Counted from the stretch's first letter, positions 10,072 through 20,238 are shown. The stretch is DNA of 64,000 nt from an uncultured Candidatus Poseidoniales archaeon (GCA_902605365.1 CACLCM010000001.1:82595-146594); one strand, 5' to 3'. Made by a program: numbers and translations. The notes: generated by a model not told the origin, from the sequence alone.

Positions 10072-11187
10072 TCAGGCGATGAATACACCGTCATCCAATA
10101 TTTTGGTGTCATCTAACCAAACAGATGGTTTGGAAATTACTCCAGGAATATGAATTCCAACAGCTGCACTTCCTCCAAGACTTGAATTGTCGCCTATCGA
10201 AAAGTAGCATGTTCCAAGTTGTTTTTCATCCTCAAGAACATGGCCGGTCATTCTAGCATTTGGATTCATACCGAAACCAAATTCAGCAACTGTCCAAACC
10301 ATTTCTCTGTCTTTTGAACGAAGTCTCGAGGCTGCTTCTCCAAACTGTTGTCTAATCTGTGCAGCAGTAGAGTCTCCCTTGATATCAATTACAATTCCAT
10401 TTTCAACAGTCAGTTCTAACGGTTCTTCCAGAAGTGTAGACTCCCATGTACCATCGATGAAAATAGTGCCGTTCATTGAACCTTCACGCGGTAGAACAAA
10501 CGCTTTACCTGCGGGTAAATTTGTGATCATTCGTGGCCTATTACAAATACCATTATCGTCTAATTTCCAATCTCTCCAAGATACTTCAAATTCGATATCT
10601 GTGCCGTTTGAATCTTTTACATGAATCAAACGCTTCCTCCGAAGTGTGCTAGATAATTCCGATAAATTCTTCTTAATCTGATTGAAGTCAGCAGTCATCC
10701 CCCCTTCTACGAACATTTCAGGAGTCATACCGGGCATAGTTGCAACTCTTGCCCCCTCTTTGACAGCACTCCTAATCGCTCTTGTATGCGTTAGAGAATA
10801 TCGTGTTGGAGCAATTACGATTTGTTGCTGTCGCATCAAATTAGCCACCGGGGAAGGGGGTTCCTCTCCGTGATGACGGCTTTTAGGCATAACAATCAGT
10901 AGTACTCTATCAGAACGCTCAGTCGCAGCCCGATGAAGCGCTTGTCCAATCTCTCCTGTAGTTGGGTCACAAACAATCAGGACATTCTCACCCCTTCGTA
11001 TGTCCATACATGTATGTGTTACACGTTTTGCGGATTCTAGTAGAGCAGCTTCAAGATCGAAATCCATTTTTTCTTCTTCAATAATTTCCTCTTCATCGAC
11101 TTCAGCTTCAACCACTTCATCGATTTCAAGGTCGTCCTCAATTTCGGGCTTTTCATCCTTCGACTTACGGCGGAAGGGTGAGACCAT
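10072..11187 (-). CDS. aminopeptidase, M29 (thermophilic metalloprotease / AmpT-like) family
   Basis: Motifs NLPAG, AEFGFGMNP, EDEK.LGT..F.IGDN...GG; acidic N-terminal extension. Some usual ligands appear substituted. ATG 11187 preferred. Confidence 0.75.
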   Translation of the reverse strand: MVSPFRRKSKDEKPEIEDDLEIDEVVEAEVDEEEIIEEEKMDFDLEAALLESAKRVTHTCMDIRRGENVLIVCDPTTGEIGQALHRAATERSDRVLLIVMPKSRHHGEEPPSPVANLMRQQQIVIAPTRYSLTHTRAIRSAVKEGARVATMPGMTPEMFVEGGMTADFNQIKKNLSELSSTLRRKRLIHVKDSNGTDIEFEVSWRDWKLDDNGICNRPRMITNLPAGKAFVLPREGSMNGTIFIDGTWESTLLEEPLELTVENGIVIDIKGDSTAAQIRQQFGEAASRLRSKDREMVWTVAEFGFGMNPNARMTGHVLEDEKQLGTCYFSIGDNSSLGGSAAVGIHIPGVISKPSVWLDDTKILDDGVFIA

Positions 11188-11270
11188 GTATAGCGCAAAC
11201 ACGCATACGCCTTCAAATTGTGCCCAATTCGTTATGAAATCTTGAAGAATAAGCAACTTTACGATGGTAT

Positions 11271-12758
11271 ATGGGCGAGCAAGAAGAATTCATGCTGAGA
11301 GTTAATGACTTATACCGATTTGAAGCAATTCAAGGCCACTTAGGGTGGGACCAAGAAACAATTATGCCTACTAAAGGAGCAAAGGCACGTGGTGAAATTC
11401 TAGCTTGGTTAGCCGGGCAGAGACATAGCCGACTAATCGACCCAGAGTTAGGTGAACTAATCTCATCACTCGAAAATAAGGAATTGGATGATTTCCTTAC
11501 AGCCAATGTCAAAGAGATGAGAAGGAAATATGATGAAGCGGTCAAACTACCAACTGAGTTTGTATCCTCTTTTACCAAAGCACGAAGTGAGGCTTTAATA
11601 TCCTGGCAAAAAGCTCGTAGTGATAGCGATTTTAGTCAATTCGCTCCACACTTGGAGAATATGGTGAAATTAACTCGCCAGAAAGTCGAGTACCTTGGTA
11701 GTGAATCGACACCATATGATGTCCTTCTAGACGAATATGAAGTCGGAATGACGGTCGCTGATTATGACCCACTATTCGCAGGATTGAAAGAAAGGCTAGT
11801 GCCTTTGTTGTCGAAGATTATGGAATCAGGGACTGAAATCCCTAGATTACCTGAAGATATGACATTCCCAATCGATTCTCAGGAGATGTTTTGCAACCAA
11901 GTTAGCAAAGCGATGGGCTTTGATTTTGAGGCAGGTCGTATGGATAGATCAACTCATCCTTTCTGTGCAGGACTATGGCCAGATGACACTAGATTCACCA
12001 CAAGGTTTGATGAAAAAGACCCATTTTCCTGTCTTTATGCTGTAATGCATGAATCAGGACATGGATTGTATGAGCAGGGTTTGCCTAGAGAGCACAGTTA
12101 CTCTCCAGTAGGCATGGCGGTTTCATTAGGTGTTCACGAATCACAAAGTCGATTCTGGGAGAATCAAATTGGAAGAACTGCAGCGTTTTGGAATGTAGCA
12201 ATGCCTTGGTTTAGAGAACAATTCCCAGATTGTCCAGACTGGAGTAATGAAACTTTAGATTTGGTGGCAAACGAAGTAAAGCCTGATTTCATTCGTGTTG
12301 AAGCGGATGAAGTAACTTATAATTTGCATATCATGATTAGATATGAGATTGAAAAGATGATTTTCAATGAGGGATTGGCTGTAGAAGATATTCCTGAAAC
12401 ATGGAATAAGATGATGAAAGATTGGTTTGGAATCGATGTGCCAAGTGATTCGCTTGGATGCTTACAAGATATCCATTGGTCTATGGGTGCATTCGGTTAC
12501 TTCCCAACATATACTCTAGGAAATTTATATGCGGCTCAGTTGCTTGAATCAATGGCTGATGAGTTAGGAGATATCGATGATATAATCTCATCAGGAGATT
12601 GGTCCAGCATGCTATCTTGGCTACGCTTACAAATCCACGATAAGGGGTCTGTTATCACTCCTTCAGAGCTAATTGAATCAGCAACAGGCAAAGCACCTAG
12701 TCCAGATGCATTCCTCAACTATGTTGAGAGTAAATATTCCAAGTTATACAACTTGTAA
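11271..12758 (+). CDS. carboxypeptidase M32 (Taq family)
   Basis: HPF, HESGHGLYEQG, HESQSRFWEN, IRVEADEVTY, GCLQDIHW, GYFPTYTLG. Confidence 0.95.
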   Translation: MGEQEEFMLRVNDLYRFEAIQGHLGWDQETIMPTKGAKARGEILAWLAGQRHSRLIDPELGELISSLENKELDDFLTANVKEMRRKYDEAVKLPTEFVSSFTKARSEALISWQKARSDSDFSQFAPHLENMVKLTRQKVEYLGSESTPYDVLLDEYEVGMTVADYDPLFAGLKERLVPLLSKIMESGTEIPRLPEDMTFPIDSQEMFCNQVSKAMGFDFEAGRMDRSTHPFCAGLWPDDTRFTTRFDEKDPFSCLYAVMHESGHGLYEQGLPREHSYSPVGMAVSLGVHESQSRFWENQIGRTAAFWNVAMPWFREQFPDCPDWSNETLDLVANEVKPDFIRVEADEVTYNLHIMIRYEIEKMIFNEGLAVEDIPETWNKMMKDWFGIDVPSDSLGCLQDIHWSMGAFGYFPTYTLGNLYAAQLLESMADELGDIDDIISSGDWSSMLSWLRLQIHDKGSVITPSELIESATGKAPSPDAFLNYVESKYSKLYNL

Positions 12759-13067
12759 TTATTCTTCTGCGTCGCTATCGTCACCGGTAATCTTTGCTTG
12801 TAGATTGTTAAGCATTCCAGTTAAATCGCTGATTGCGTCTTGCAAATCATTAGTTCTATCTTCTTCATTATCTGTACCGAATGATACACCTAACAAGGTT
12901 ATCATTGCACCAGATAGCATAATCACTGCAGATACGAAAAGATCCTTCAAATCAGTATCTTCGCCGTTAGCTAACATGACTCCCCAAAGGGCACCGGATG
13001 CGAATATTAGCAGTCCAAGTATAATCTGTTGATGTCCAGGTCCAAGTTTTTCTTCAAGTCCACTCAT
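12759..13067 (-). CDS. small 2-TM membrane protein with C-terminal coiled coil
   Basis: Two hydrophobic helices; fills the gap between flanking genes. ATG 13067 or 13097. Confidence 0.65.
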   Translation of the reverse strand: MSGLEEKLGPGHQQIILGLLIFASGALWGVMLANGEDTDLKDLFVSAVIMLSGAMITLLGVSFGTDNEEDRTNDLQDAISDLTGMLNNLQAKITGDDSDAEE

Positions 13068-13141
13068 TGTGTTTCCCCGCTTGGAAGATATATCCATCAG
13101 TTAAAATATTAGCGGATATTTTTTCTATTTGGGTTTGAAAA

Positions 13142-14545
13142 TTAATTCCAAGGCAACATGACCAGAGGTTTTCCTGCTTGTCCAGCATCTACTAGACATT
13201 GCCCTTTTGGACCAGTGTCATCATTTCTTTCAAACACTGGAGTGCCCGCAACTGCGGTAAAAACCGGCCATCCGACCAATTTCTTTCCGACGAATGGATT
13301 CCATCCAACATTGGACCACGTATTCTTATCTTCAACAAGTTGTTCTTTCTTCATATCAACTAGAACAATATCTCCGTCATAGCCTTCTTCAAGCCTGCCT
13401 TTGCCGACCATTTGGTAGCATTCTGCAACATTGCTAGACATCCACTGAACAACTTGTTCGATTGTACACTCGCCCTTTGCAGCGTGAGTTAGCATAACTG
13501 GAAGTGATGTTTCTACACCAGGCATTCCACTTGGAGCGCTAGGGAATCCCTTTGCTTTATCTTCGAGTGTGTGAGGGGCGTGATCAGTTGCAATACAATT
13601 GATTGTACCATCTTGTAATCTCTTCCATAGCGTATCTTTGTCTTTTTGATATCGTATAGGGGGGTTCATCTTCAATCTGGTTCCTTGCACTTCAACATCT
13701 CTTTCATCAAGTGTCAGGTGTTGAGGTAGCGTTTCAGTTGTGACGTGTGCCTTACCCTCTATTCCATGTAATGACGTAACTTCGTTTAACCAATCGGCTT
13801 CAATTCCTGAAGTAAGGTGGAGGATGTGCAGGCGATGACCACTATCCTGTGCGTAATTAACCGCTCTCTTTGTCGCAATCAATGCAGTCTCGTCATCTCT
13901 CCACTCAGCATGGGCAGCCATATCTGTACGACCTTCGATACCCTTCTTTCTTTCATTCATTCGGTCTTCATCTTCAGCATGGACTGCGATCAGTCCTGCA
14001 GTATTGTCGAAAATAGTCTTGAGAGCACTTGATTCATTGACCAATAAATCTCCCGTTGATGAGCCCATGAATATCTTGATTCCACAAATACCGGGAATTG
14101 AGATCGGTGAATCAGGAGTGCCCACCGTCTTTTTCAATTCTTCAACATTTGATTCTGTAGCTCCGATAAAGAATCCATAATTTGTTATGCACTTATTTGA
14201 TGCAATTTCCAACTTGTCATGCATGGATTGTAATGTGGTTTGACTCGGTACATTGTTTGGCATGTCGAGGAAAGATGTCACTCCACCGCTAGCAGCTGCA
14301 CGTGAACCAGTGTATAGGTCCTCTTTTTCTGGTTGGCCAGGGTCTCTGAAGTGAACTTGCGGGTCAATAATTCCAGGAAGTAGATGTAATCCAGTTCCAT
14401 CTTGCAATAATTCACCATTACGTGGCTCAAGATTTGCATCAGTAGAAATTTCTGATATTACTCCATCAGTAATTCGTAAGTCACCAGTCACAGTTCCAGT
14501 AGGTAGTACCATTTTGGCTCCAGTAATCAAAATATTTCCTGCCAT
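13142..14545 (-). CDS. pyrC: dihydroorotase (amidohydrolase, multifunctional-complex type)
   Basis: DPQVHFRDPG, DMPN, KIFMGSSTG, VHAED, HILH, KMNPPIR, ATDHAPH, SGMPGVET. ATG 14545 follows the mog stop. Confidence 0.8.
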   Translation of the reverse strand: MAGNILITGAKMVLPTGTVTGDLRITDGVISEISTDANLEPRNGELLQDGTGLHLLPGIIDPQVHFRDPGQPEKEDLYTGSRAAASGGVTSFLDMPNNVPSQTTLQSMHDKLEIASNKCITNYGFFIGATESNVEELKKTVGTPDSPISIPGICGIKIFMGSSTGDLLVNESSALKTIFDNTAGLIAVHAEDEDRMNERKKGIEGRTDMAAHAEWRDDETALIATKRAVNYAQDSGHRLHILHLTSGIEADWLNEVTSLHGIEGKAHVTTETLPQHLTLDERDVEVQGTRLKMNPPIRYQKDKDTLWKRLQDGTINCIATDHAPHTLEDKAKGFPSAPSGMPGVETSLPVMLTHAAKGECTIEQVVQWMSSNVAECYQMVGKGRLEEGYDGDIVLVDMKKEQLVEDKNTWSNVGWNPFVGKKLVGWPVFTAVAGTPVFERNDDTGPKGQCLVDAGQAGKPLVMLPWN

Positions 14546-14549
14546 CTTT

Positions 14550-15098
14550 TCACCTTCTTCTAGCATTTTTTGGACGGAAGGCATTGCATATATTATCATT
14601 CATGTCAATATATGGCCCACTCAATAAATCTATGCAGTACGGAACTGCCTTCCAAATTTCATCAATGGTTTCCCGTATTGCCTTTGGGCGTCCAGGCAAA
14701 TTGAAAATTAGACAATTGCCTCGAACCCCTCCGACTTGTCTAGAAAGTATTGCCGTAGGCACAAATTCCAAGGAAACGGCTCTCATTTGTTCCCCAAAGC
14801 CAGGAAGTATTCTGTCACATACAGTTTCAGTTGCTTCTGGAGTGACGTCTCTTAGGGCAGGTCCTGTCCCTCCGGTTGTAACTACCACATTACAACCTAA
14901 TTCGTCAACCATCTCAATCAGGGCTTCAGAAATCAATTCTAACTCGTCGGGAACTATTCGATAGTGGTGAGTCCATTGTGAGGCAACAGCCTCCTCGAAA
15001 AAGCCCAGTATTGCAGGGCCTCCCTCATCTTCGTATTCTCCAGAATGCGCTCTGTCAGAGACGGTAAGTATCCCAAATATAGCGGGGTCTCCAACCAT
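14550..15098 (-). CDS. mog: molybdopterin adenylyltransferase (MogA type)
   Basis: TVSDRA, TTGGTGPALRDVTPEAT, PGFGEQMR.VSL.FVPTAILSRQ, NLPG.PKAI. Confidence 0.9.
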   Translation of the reverse strand: MVGDPAIFGILTVSDRAHSGEYEDEGGPAILGFFEEAVASQWTHHYRIVPDELELISEALIEMVDELGCNVVVTTGGTGPALRDVTPEATETVCDRILPGFGEQMRAVSLEFVPTAILSRQVGGVRGNCLIFNLPGRPKAIRETIDEIWKAVPYCIDLLSGPYIDMNDNICNAFRPKNARRR

Positions 15099-15107
15099 CC
15101 TTACACC

Positions 15108-17222
15108 TCACTCATTGCCGTACTTGTCACGTATATCGGCATGGAATGAATCTAGAAGTGTATCTTCGAATAACTCTGCTTGTCTCCTCGTCTTGGTAGA
15201 ACGCATGTGAAGGAATGCCATTCCAATGAATGCGATAATGGCTATAGGTATTGCAGCTTCAAGTTTGTACTTGTGCATCACAGTAACGATGCCTTCAGCA
15301 GTATACGCCCATGTTAGAGAAGCAACGGCTCCTCCTACGAATGTAGCCCACAGTACACGCATGAATTTCATACGCGACAATAATCCTAGCATTGCTCCAA
15401 CCAAAACTCCCGAGGCCATGAACGGGATCCACACAAACACGATCAATCCCCAGAATCCCCATTTGTTAATCATCTCACGCTTTTCATTAGCAGTATACTC
15501 TACCGTCGAAAGAATATCTCCGAACAATTTGGTTTGAAGGACACGGCCGCCTAAACCGTCTTGTTTAGCAACAGCAGCAACTCTGGAATCCTTGTCTCCC
15601 TTTGAGGAGAGTGTTTCTACACGCCCTGCTCCTGAGCGGTCCGCAAGAGTTGAAACTAGATTACGGCCCTTGACGATCAATTCTTGCGTACCTACCAATT
15701 CTGGATTCTCTCTCGAGATGTACTTTCGCAAATGTTTCTCAATTTCAGAATTAGAGTCCTTGAATCTGAAGAAAGCAAATCTCTGGTTTGGCTTGTAAGC
15801 AACTCTTACGAAAATGATGGAGTCTTCACTGGTTACAGTTGCCATCTGCAAAATTAAGTCATTTTTAGAGCGGAAGTAACCCTTGACCGATTCTCTAACT
15901 TCATCTTCAACCTTAGATAGCATGTGTAGGTCACGGAAGAACGAGGTGTAATCTTGGTCTTCCATATCCTCTCCTTCTACCATTCCACTTCCCACACCAA
16001 CTCCTGTTTCGAAGTCGATAGCCTGATTGTCACCAATCGAGCGTACTGTTAGTTGAACTGGTTTGAAAACTCTGAATAGTGCGAATTCCTCTAGCACTTC
16101 TTTCAAAACATCTGATCTAACATCTGCAACATCGGAAAATGTTCCATCTGTATTGGAATATGGCACCATGATGTCGATTGACAAATCCCGAACCTCTATT
16201 TTGTAAAGGTCCCAGTCTATCTTGATATGAAGCCGCCTCTCAGTATTTCGTAATACATCAGCAACCACCTTTCTAATGTGGGTTCTAGATAGCATATCGT
16301 CAGTTTCCTGATGGTATAATTTGTACATTACAGGATAAGCCAAAAACAGGGAAATAACCGACAAGGAAAGAGAGATGAAAGCCATCCACCATGCAGGTAT
16401 GCCAGCAGCTCCTCCCGTCAGCATTGCAGTTTCACGACCACCGCCAAGTTCAGCCCCCATCAGAACGAATCCCCAGTTTCCAAGGTCGGTTACAGACCAG
16501 CAAGAACGTGGACCATCTTCAACGATATGCCCCTCTCTCTTAACTTCAGAATCTACGAATGGCAGGAATGACAGAGCATTTTCAGAAGTACTAATCTCGA
16601 ATTCAAATTCCTTAGAAATCCTCTCAGTGTCGTTCTTTCTCAACTCATCTCTATTCTCATCCGTGATATTTTCATATACAACATCCTTAGGATACATGTC
16701 GATGAAAATCACAACTTGATACATTCCAGTTTCCCATTCAGAATAGTCAATTTTCACATTACGCTTCTCGACTTCATCCCCACTGGGTTCGGGTGTAGAT
16801 GAATCTTCATCTGCTAATACAGTCCAATTCAGGATTGCCATACCTTCTCCAAGGTTTCTGCCTGAGATTTTCAAAACTTCAGCATCATTGTCTGGGTATG
16901 CGTGGATCCAGGGAGTGTCAAGAACCTCTTCACATTGTTCTCCGCTATCTAGAATAGTGCCACTAGCCCAGTGATCGAGACTTGTTGCTTCGCCAAATAC
17001 TCCTCCTGACATTCCAAATAGCAAGAGTGCGTAAAGTGCGCCATATCCTAATCCCATCAGTAAAGTCCAGTCTTCAATGGCTGAGGGAAAACGCCTTTTT
17101 GAATCCGTGTTACGGCGTTTTCTAATTCCGGCGAGTTCCTTAGAAATCTTGTCGATAGGTTTGGTTTCCTCAACCTCTCCGGCCAAAGCGTCCATATCAG
17201 AATCGATATTGTTGGACGCCAT
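15108..17222 (-). CDS. large membrane protein with C-terminal small multidrug-export-like (COG2426-like) domain
   Basis: C-terminal 'WGFWGLIVFVWIPFMASGVLVGAMLGLL' segment typical of that family; N-terminal TM, extracellular domain and large soluble domain. Confidence 0.6.
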   Translation of the reverse strand: MASNNIDSDMDALAGEVEETKPIDKISKELAGIRKRRNTDSKRRFPSAIEDWTLLMGLGYGALYALLLFGMSGGVFGEATSLDHWASGTILDSGEQCEEVLDTPWIHAYPDNDAEVLKISGRNLGEGMAILNWTVLADEDSSTPEPSGDEVEKRNVKIDYSEWETGMYQVVIFIDMYPKDVVYENITDENRDELRKNDTERISKEFEFEISTSENALSFLPFVDSEVKREGHIVEDGPRSCWSVTDLGNWGFVLMGAELGGGRETAMLTGGAAGIPAWWMAFISLSLSVISLFLAYPVMYKLYHQETDDMLSRTHIRKVVADVLRNTERRLHIKIDWDLYKIEVRDLSIDIMVPYSNTDGTFSDVADVRSDVLKEVLEEFALFRVFKPVQLTVRSIGDNQAIDFETGVGVGSGMVEGEDMEDQDYTSFFRDLHMLSKVEDEVRESVKGYFRSKNDLILQMATVTSEDSIIFVRVAYKPNQRFAFFRFKDSNSEIEKHLRKYISRENPELVGTQELIVKGRNLVSTLADRSGAGRVETLSSKGDKDSRVAAVAKQDGLGGRVLQTKLFGDILSTVEYTANEKREMINKWGFWGLIVFVWIPFMASGVLVGAMLGLLSRMKFMRVLWATFVGGAVASLTWAYTAEGIVTVMHKYKLEAAIPIAIIAFIGMAFLHMRSTKTRRQAELFEDTLLDSFHADIRDKYGNE

Positions 17223-17334
17223 GTGTGCCCCTACGGGGCATAGGCACATGAAGGCTATGCTAAATCATAAGTGAAATCGCTCAAATGACCAAGTATTCTC
17301 AGAATGCAAACACGAAGTAAACTAATTCAGATTA

Positions 17335-17410
17335 TGGTGGGTTAGGCCGGACTTGAACCAGCGACCTCGGCATCTTCAGTGCCGCGCTCTCCCAACTAAG
17401 CTACTAACCC
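17335..17410 (-). tRNA. tRNA-Phe(GAA), CCA encoded
   Basis: Reverse complement GGGTTAG...CGGCA-CTGAAGA-TGCCG...GGTTCAAGTCC..CTAACCC-ACCA folds as a 76-nt cloverleaf. Confidence 0.97.
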
Positions 17411-17457
17411 GGGATAACCTCGCCACAGGCATCAGCATTTCAAGCCTTACGGCTCAA

Positions 17458-18282
17458 TCACTCGATGTCTTCTAGCACGACTAACTGCATATCAGCTAAT
17501 TGTGCAAGTCCATGCCGTGACATGTCTAGTAATGCCTGAAGTTCATCATAAGAGAATGTAGATTCTTCTCCAGTACCCTGAACCTCGACAAATTTACCAT
17601 CAGATGTCCCCACTACATTCATGTCAACATCTGCATTTGAATCAAGAATATAATCCAAGTCGAGGAATACATCATCGCCGATTAAACCAACAGATATTGC
17701 TGATAGGTCATGTGGGATTACCTTGTTTTCGTGATTACGTGCTTCTGTTTTTGATAACTGAGGGGGTGTCCAGCCATTTTCACGGTCATCACGAGATGGA
17801 CGTAGGTCTATTGGCAAACAATCTCCGCTAGCGATCAGTCTTCGAACCGCTAGTCTTAGAGCGATATTTGCTGCTGTAATGGATGCACAACGTGTTCCAC
17901 CGTCTGCATTGAGAACATCACAATCTACTGTAAGTGCAATTGGGCCTAATGCTTCGAGATCGATTGCACCTCTTAGAGAGCGGGCAACCAGCCTTTCAAT
18001 TTCCTGAGTACGGCCCTTCGCTCCTCTTCTTTCTCGACGGAATCGAGAATCGGTGGAACCAGGAAGTAGAGAGTATTCTGCATGAACCCATCCCTTAGTA
18101 GCGTCACGAGGGAACCATCCAGGTAGTCTGGATTCTTTGGTTACACAACATAGGATGTGGGTGTTGCCTTGGCGGTATAGGATACTCGCAAGAGCATTAG
18201 GGGTGAAATCGATTTCAACCTCGATATTTCTCATTTCATCTTTAGGACGGTCGGTCTCAATGCCGGTCTTGAACTTGGCCAT
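17458..18282 (-). CDS. rph: ribonuclease PH, bacterial type
   Basis: GWVHAEYSLLPGST, RE...GRTQEIERLVARSLRGAIDL, CDVLNADGGTRCASIT, DLDY..DSNADVDMNVV, EVQGTGE. Confidence 0.9.
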   Translation of the reverse strand: MAKFKTGIETDRPKDEMRNIEVEIDFTPNALASILYRQGNTHILCCVTKESRLPGWFPRDATKGWVHAEYSLLPGSTDSRFRRERRGAKGRTQEIERLVARSLRGAIDLEALGPIALTVDCDVLNADGGTRCASITAANIALRLAVRRLIASGDCLPIDLRPSRDDRENGWTPPQLSKTEARNHENKVIPHDLSAISVGLIGDDVFLDLDYILDSNADVDMNVVGTSDGKFVEVQGTGEESTFSYDELQALLDMSRHGLAQLADMQLVVLEDIE

Positions 18283-18359
18283 GCTTCGGCGAGTAACCAC
18301 TACACAAGAACACTTCCCTCAACGCACAGGTTGAAGAATCAAGCCCCATTGGGCCGTTC

Positions 18360-19505
18360 ATGCCTAGAGCGGTTATCTGCGGTGTTGCACGAACTCCAAT
18401 CGGTAAATTCCGGGGCAGCCTCTCTAATTTGAGTGCAGTCCAGTTGGGTATTCGTGCGGTAAAAGAGTTGTTGAATCGATGTGATATCGATGCATCTAGC
18501 GGCATAATTGACGAGGTTCTTTTCGGTCAAGTCTTACAGGCAGGTGCGGGACAAGCGCCTGCTCGTCAGGTTGCTTTAGGAGCTGGACTTCCTAATTCTA
18601 CAGCGGCTACAACAATCAACAAAGTCTGCGGCTCTTCTCTCAAAGCGGCAATGATGGCTGCAAATAGTATCAAGGCTGGAGAATACAAGGCCATTGTAGC
18701 AGGTGGAATGGAGAGTATGACAAATGCTCCTAAGTTCGAGAAGCGAAATGGCGAAGAAAAAGAAATGGTTCCAACTATGGTTCATGACGGACTATGGGAT
18801 GTCTACAACGATGTTCACATGGGCAATACAGGAGAAATCGTTGCCAATGAATGTAATATTTCACGAGAAAAGATGGATGCTTTTGCCGCACGTTCCCAAA
18901 ACAAGGCAGCACAAGCAGAAGCTAACGGCTGGTTTGCTTGGGAAAGATTCGACATGCCTGAACTTTCAACCGATGAAGGAGTACGTGTAGGAACTACTGC
19001 AGAGAAACTTGCAGGTCTAAGGCCAGTATTCCAAGAAGATGGCATGGTTACTGCAGGAAACGCATCTACTCTCAATGACGGTGCTTCTGCAATTTTGGTT
19101 GCTGATGAAGATTTTGCTAAGGAAAATGGCTGGGAAATAATTGCAATTATTGAGGACTACTGCACCGCAGGTGTAGAACCTCACCGTGTAATGTATGCGC
19201 CAGTTCCAGCGATCAAGATGTTACTAGAAAGGGCTAACCTGGGCGTTATGGATATTGATGTTTACGAACACAATGAAGCCTTTGCAAGCGCATCATGTGC
19301 AGTTGCTCAAGATGTAGGAATTCCAGATGATAGATTCAATCTTCATGGCGGGGCAGTCGCTCTAGGCCATCCTCTCGGAAGCAGCGGAACTCGCTGTCTA
19401 ATTACAATGATTGGAGTAATGCGCAGACTTGAGGCTAAGAGTGGAATCGTGTCTCTTTGCTTAGGTGGCGGGAATGCCGTAGCAATGCGAATTTCCTGTG
19501 AATAA
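18360..19505 (+). CDS. acetyl-CoA acetyltransferase (thiolase)
   Basis: NKVCGSSL, NEAFA, GHPLGSSG, LCLGGG motifs. Confidence 0.95.
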   Translation: MPRAVICGVARTPIGKFRGSLSNLSAVQLGIRAVKELLNRCDIDASSGIIDEVLFGQVLQAGAGQAPARQVALGAGLPNSTAATTINKVCGSSLKAAMMAANSIKAGEYKAIVAGGMESMTNAPKFEKRNGEEKEMVPTMVHDGLWDVYNDVHMGNTGEIVANECNISREKMDAFAARSQNKAAQAEANGWFAWERFDMPELSTDEGVRVGTTAEKLAGLRPVFQEDGMVTAGNASTLNDGASAILVADEDFAKENGWEIIAIIEDYCTAGVEPHRVMYAPVPAIKMLLERANLGVMDIDVYEHNEAFASASCAVAQDVGIPDDRFNLHGGAVALGHPLGSSGTRCLITMIGVMRRLEAKSGIVSLCLGGGNAVAMRISCE

Positions 19506-19558
19506 TTCCAAATTTCTCCTACGGTAAGGTATATTTGTGATTGTTTCGACGGAGGTTT

Positions 19559-20236
19559 ATGCAGTTAAGCGATGATGGACAATGGATGTGGAACGGCACG
19601 GATTGGATTCCAGCCGGACAACCAGCAGTAGTACAACCTGCAGCAGCGCCCGTAATGCCTCAACCAGATTTTACAGGAGCCACATTTGGCGCACCTGCGC
19701 CTGCATCTATTTCGATGCCTCATATGAACCAACCACAAGTCGTATACGTTCAAGAAGAGAAGTCTTCCAAGAAAATTATTCCATGGATTGGAGTTGCAGT
19801 AATATTGCTGTCTCTCATTATGCCATATGTTTCATTCTTTGGTATCGTAGAGGTTTCAGGATTGGAGATGCTCGGATTTATCGGCGAAGTTGCTGAAGCA
19901 GCTAGCGAGGATAGTGGAGATGGTGGAGATGTTGGAAGTGGCGATTCATCAGATGATGATTTCAGTCTTGGTTCAGAAGGTATAGCGCTTATTATTGCGG
20001 CTTTCGTGTTTGTCTTTAGCCCTCTAGTATTCCTTCTCACGAGTATAACTTCAGCAATATTATTGCTGATGAAAAAGTCTACCAAAATCGTCGGTATTAT
20101 TCATCTAAGTTATGTTGGAATATTCTTTGTTGCTGCAATATTATCTCCATCGCTTGGTGAACTTTCGATATTCTCCATAATAGGCTTTGGATTCTATTTA
20201 GGCGCCTTCTCAGGCGGGGCATTATTAGCAAAGTAG
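19559..20236 (+). CDS. multi-TM membrane protein with N-terminal Trp-rich motif and Pro-rich linker
   Basis: MQLSDDGQWMWNGTDW, P/A/Q-rich linker, about 4 TM helices; GGAGG and a TATA-like element lie upstream. Confidence 0.7.
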   Translation: MQLSDDGQWMWNGTDWIPAGQPAVVQPAAAPVMPQPDFTGATFGAPAPASISMPHMNQPQVVYVQEEKSSKKIIPWIGVAVILLSLIMPYVSFFGIVEVSGLEMLGFIGEVAEAASEDSGDGGDVGSGDSSDDDFSLGSEGIALIIAAFVFVFSPLVFLLTSITSAILLLMKKSTKIVGIIHLSYVGIFFVAAILSPSLGELSIFSIIGFGFYLGAFSGGALLAK

Positions 20237-20238
20237 TT

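Noticed and set aside
17250..17457. tRNA-Phe as an integration site
   Set aside because: No integrase nearby, no duplicated tRNA 3' end seen, and the flanks are housekeeping-like genes.
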